Below are positions 63,802-64,000 of a stretch of DNA of 64,000 bases, piece after piece. Every line of letters starts with the position of its first letter. Within the stretch, counting starts at the first letter, position 1. Below the pieces are notes generated by a model. It saw only the letters and a list, made by a program, of their open reading frames with translations, had not been told where the DNA came from and searched no databases. Both the position numbers and the translations under genes were made by a program. Source of the DNA: Euryarchaeota archaeon UBA103 (lineage in GTDB: Archaea; Thermoplasmatota; Poseidoniia; Poseidoniales; Thalassarchaeaceae); NCBI GenBank assembly GCA_002506825.1, contig DAYH01000030.1, positions 8,346 through 72,345 of the forward strand. Reading direction: 5' to 3'.

Positions 63802-64000
63802 CTACTTTTTGTTATTTCTGATGGCCAGATATCTCTCTGCGGCTAAAATCGGGCCCAGTGATGAGCCTGTTACAACTGATGTGATAACGAGATTCCAACT
63901 ACTGCCAATATACTGATCGAGAGTAGTGTAAACGAATAGTGAAATTAGGATCATTATGACGGGAATGGCGAATCTCCTTAGAAAAATCTGGTATCCGCCC
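63802..64000 (-). CDS. 3' end (65 codons) of a membrane-protein gene truncated by the window edge
   Basis: The minus frame is open to nt 63999: ...GGYQIFLRRFAIPVIMILISLFVYTTLDQYIGSSWNLVITSVVTGSSLGPILAAERYLAIRNNKK, stop at 63802-63804. Hydrophobic segments present. Product unknown. Confidence 0.4.
   Translation of the reverse strand, partial: GGYQIFLRRFAIPVIMILISLFVYTTLDQYIGSSWNLVITSVVTGSSLGPILAAERYLAIRNNKK

Noticed and set aside
1-64000. Looked for CRISPR arrays, rRNA genes, IS elements and long DNA-level tandem or inverted repeats.
   Set aside because: I saw no regularly spaced direct repeats, rRNA-like regions or transposase-like ORFs. The only intergenic space over 150 nt is 11293-11476.

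Overview
The window looks like a very compact archaeal chromosome segment. By my own tally of the gaps, only about 1.9 kb (roughly 3%) is non-coding. Archaeal markers include aRF1 (NIKS and GGQ motifs), aIF-2 beta, class I LysRS, aTrm56, an XPD-type Fe-S helicase, a NOG1-like GTPase and archaeal-type UMP kinase. Many metabolic genes look bacterial in type. The gene content and the huge glycoprotein-like surface genes suggest a planktonic heterotrophic Thermoplasmatota (Marine Group II/III-like) genome; that assignment is inference only. I support about 55 protein genes and one tRNA-Leu(UAA). I found no rRNA, CRISPR array, transposase or integrase. Core content: purC, gdhA, carAB, pyrH, dut, argS, lysK, folP, thiolase, a lipA-E1alpha-E1beta-E2-E3-lipB 2-oxoacid dehydrogenase plus lipoylation cluster, and an NfeD-flotillin pair. 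The accessory, more interesting content is: (i) three very large type-I membrane surface proteins, including a co-oriented pair of 987 aa and 2,986 aa. The giant combines at least 15 thrombospondin-type-3-like Ca-binding repeats, a transglutaminase-like core with apparently non-canonical catalytic residues, at least 11 Ig/CarboxypepD_reg-like repeats dense in N-glycosylation sequons, and a DUF4129-like cytoplasmic tail. (ii) An ABC importer whose permease is fused to an Asp-box (BNR) beta-propeller instead of having a separate substrate-binding protein. (iii) Two small Cys-rich ORFs absent from the supplied ORF track, one heading the NfeD-flotillin operon with a TATA box about 27 nt upstream. 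(iv) Recurrent 4-nt overlapping stop codons (CTAA/TTAG) at convergent gene ends. All domain calls come from motif recognition by eye, with no searches run. Start codons were re-evaluated wherever the ORF track began at TTG or GTG.
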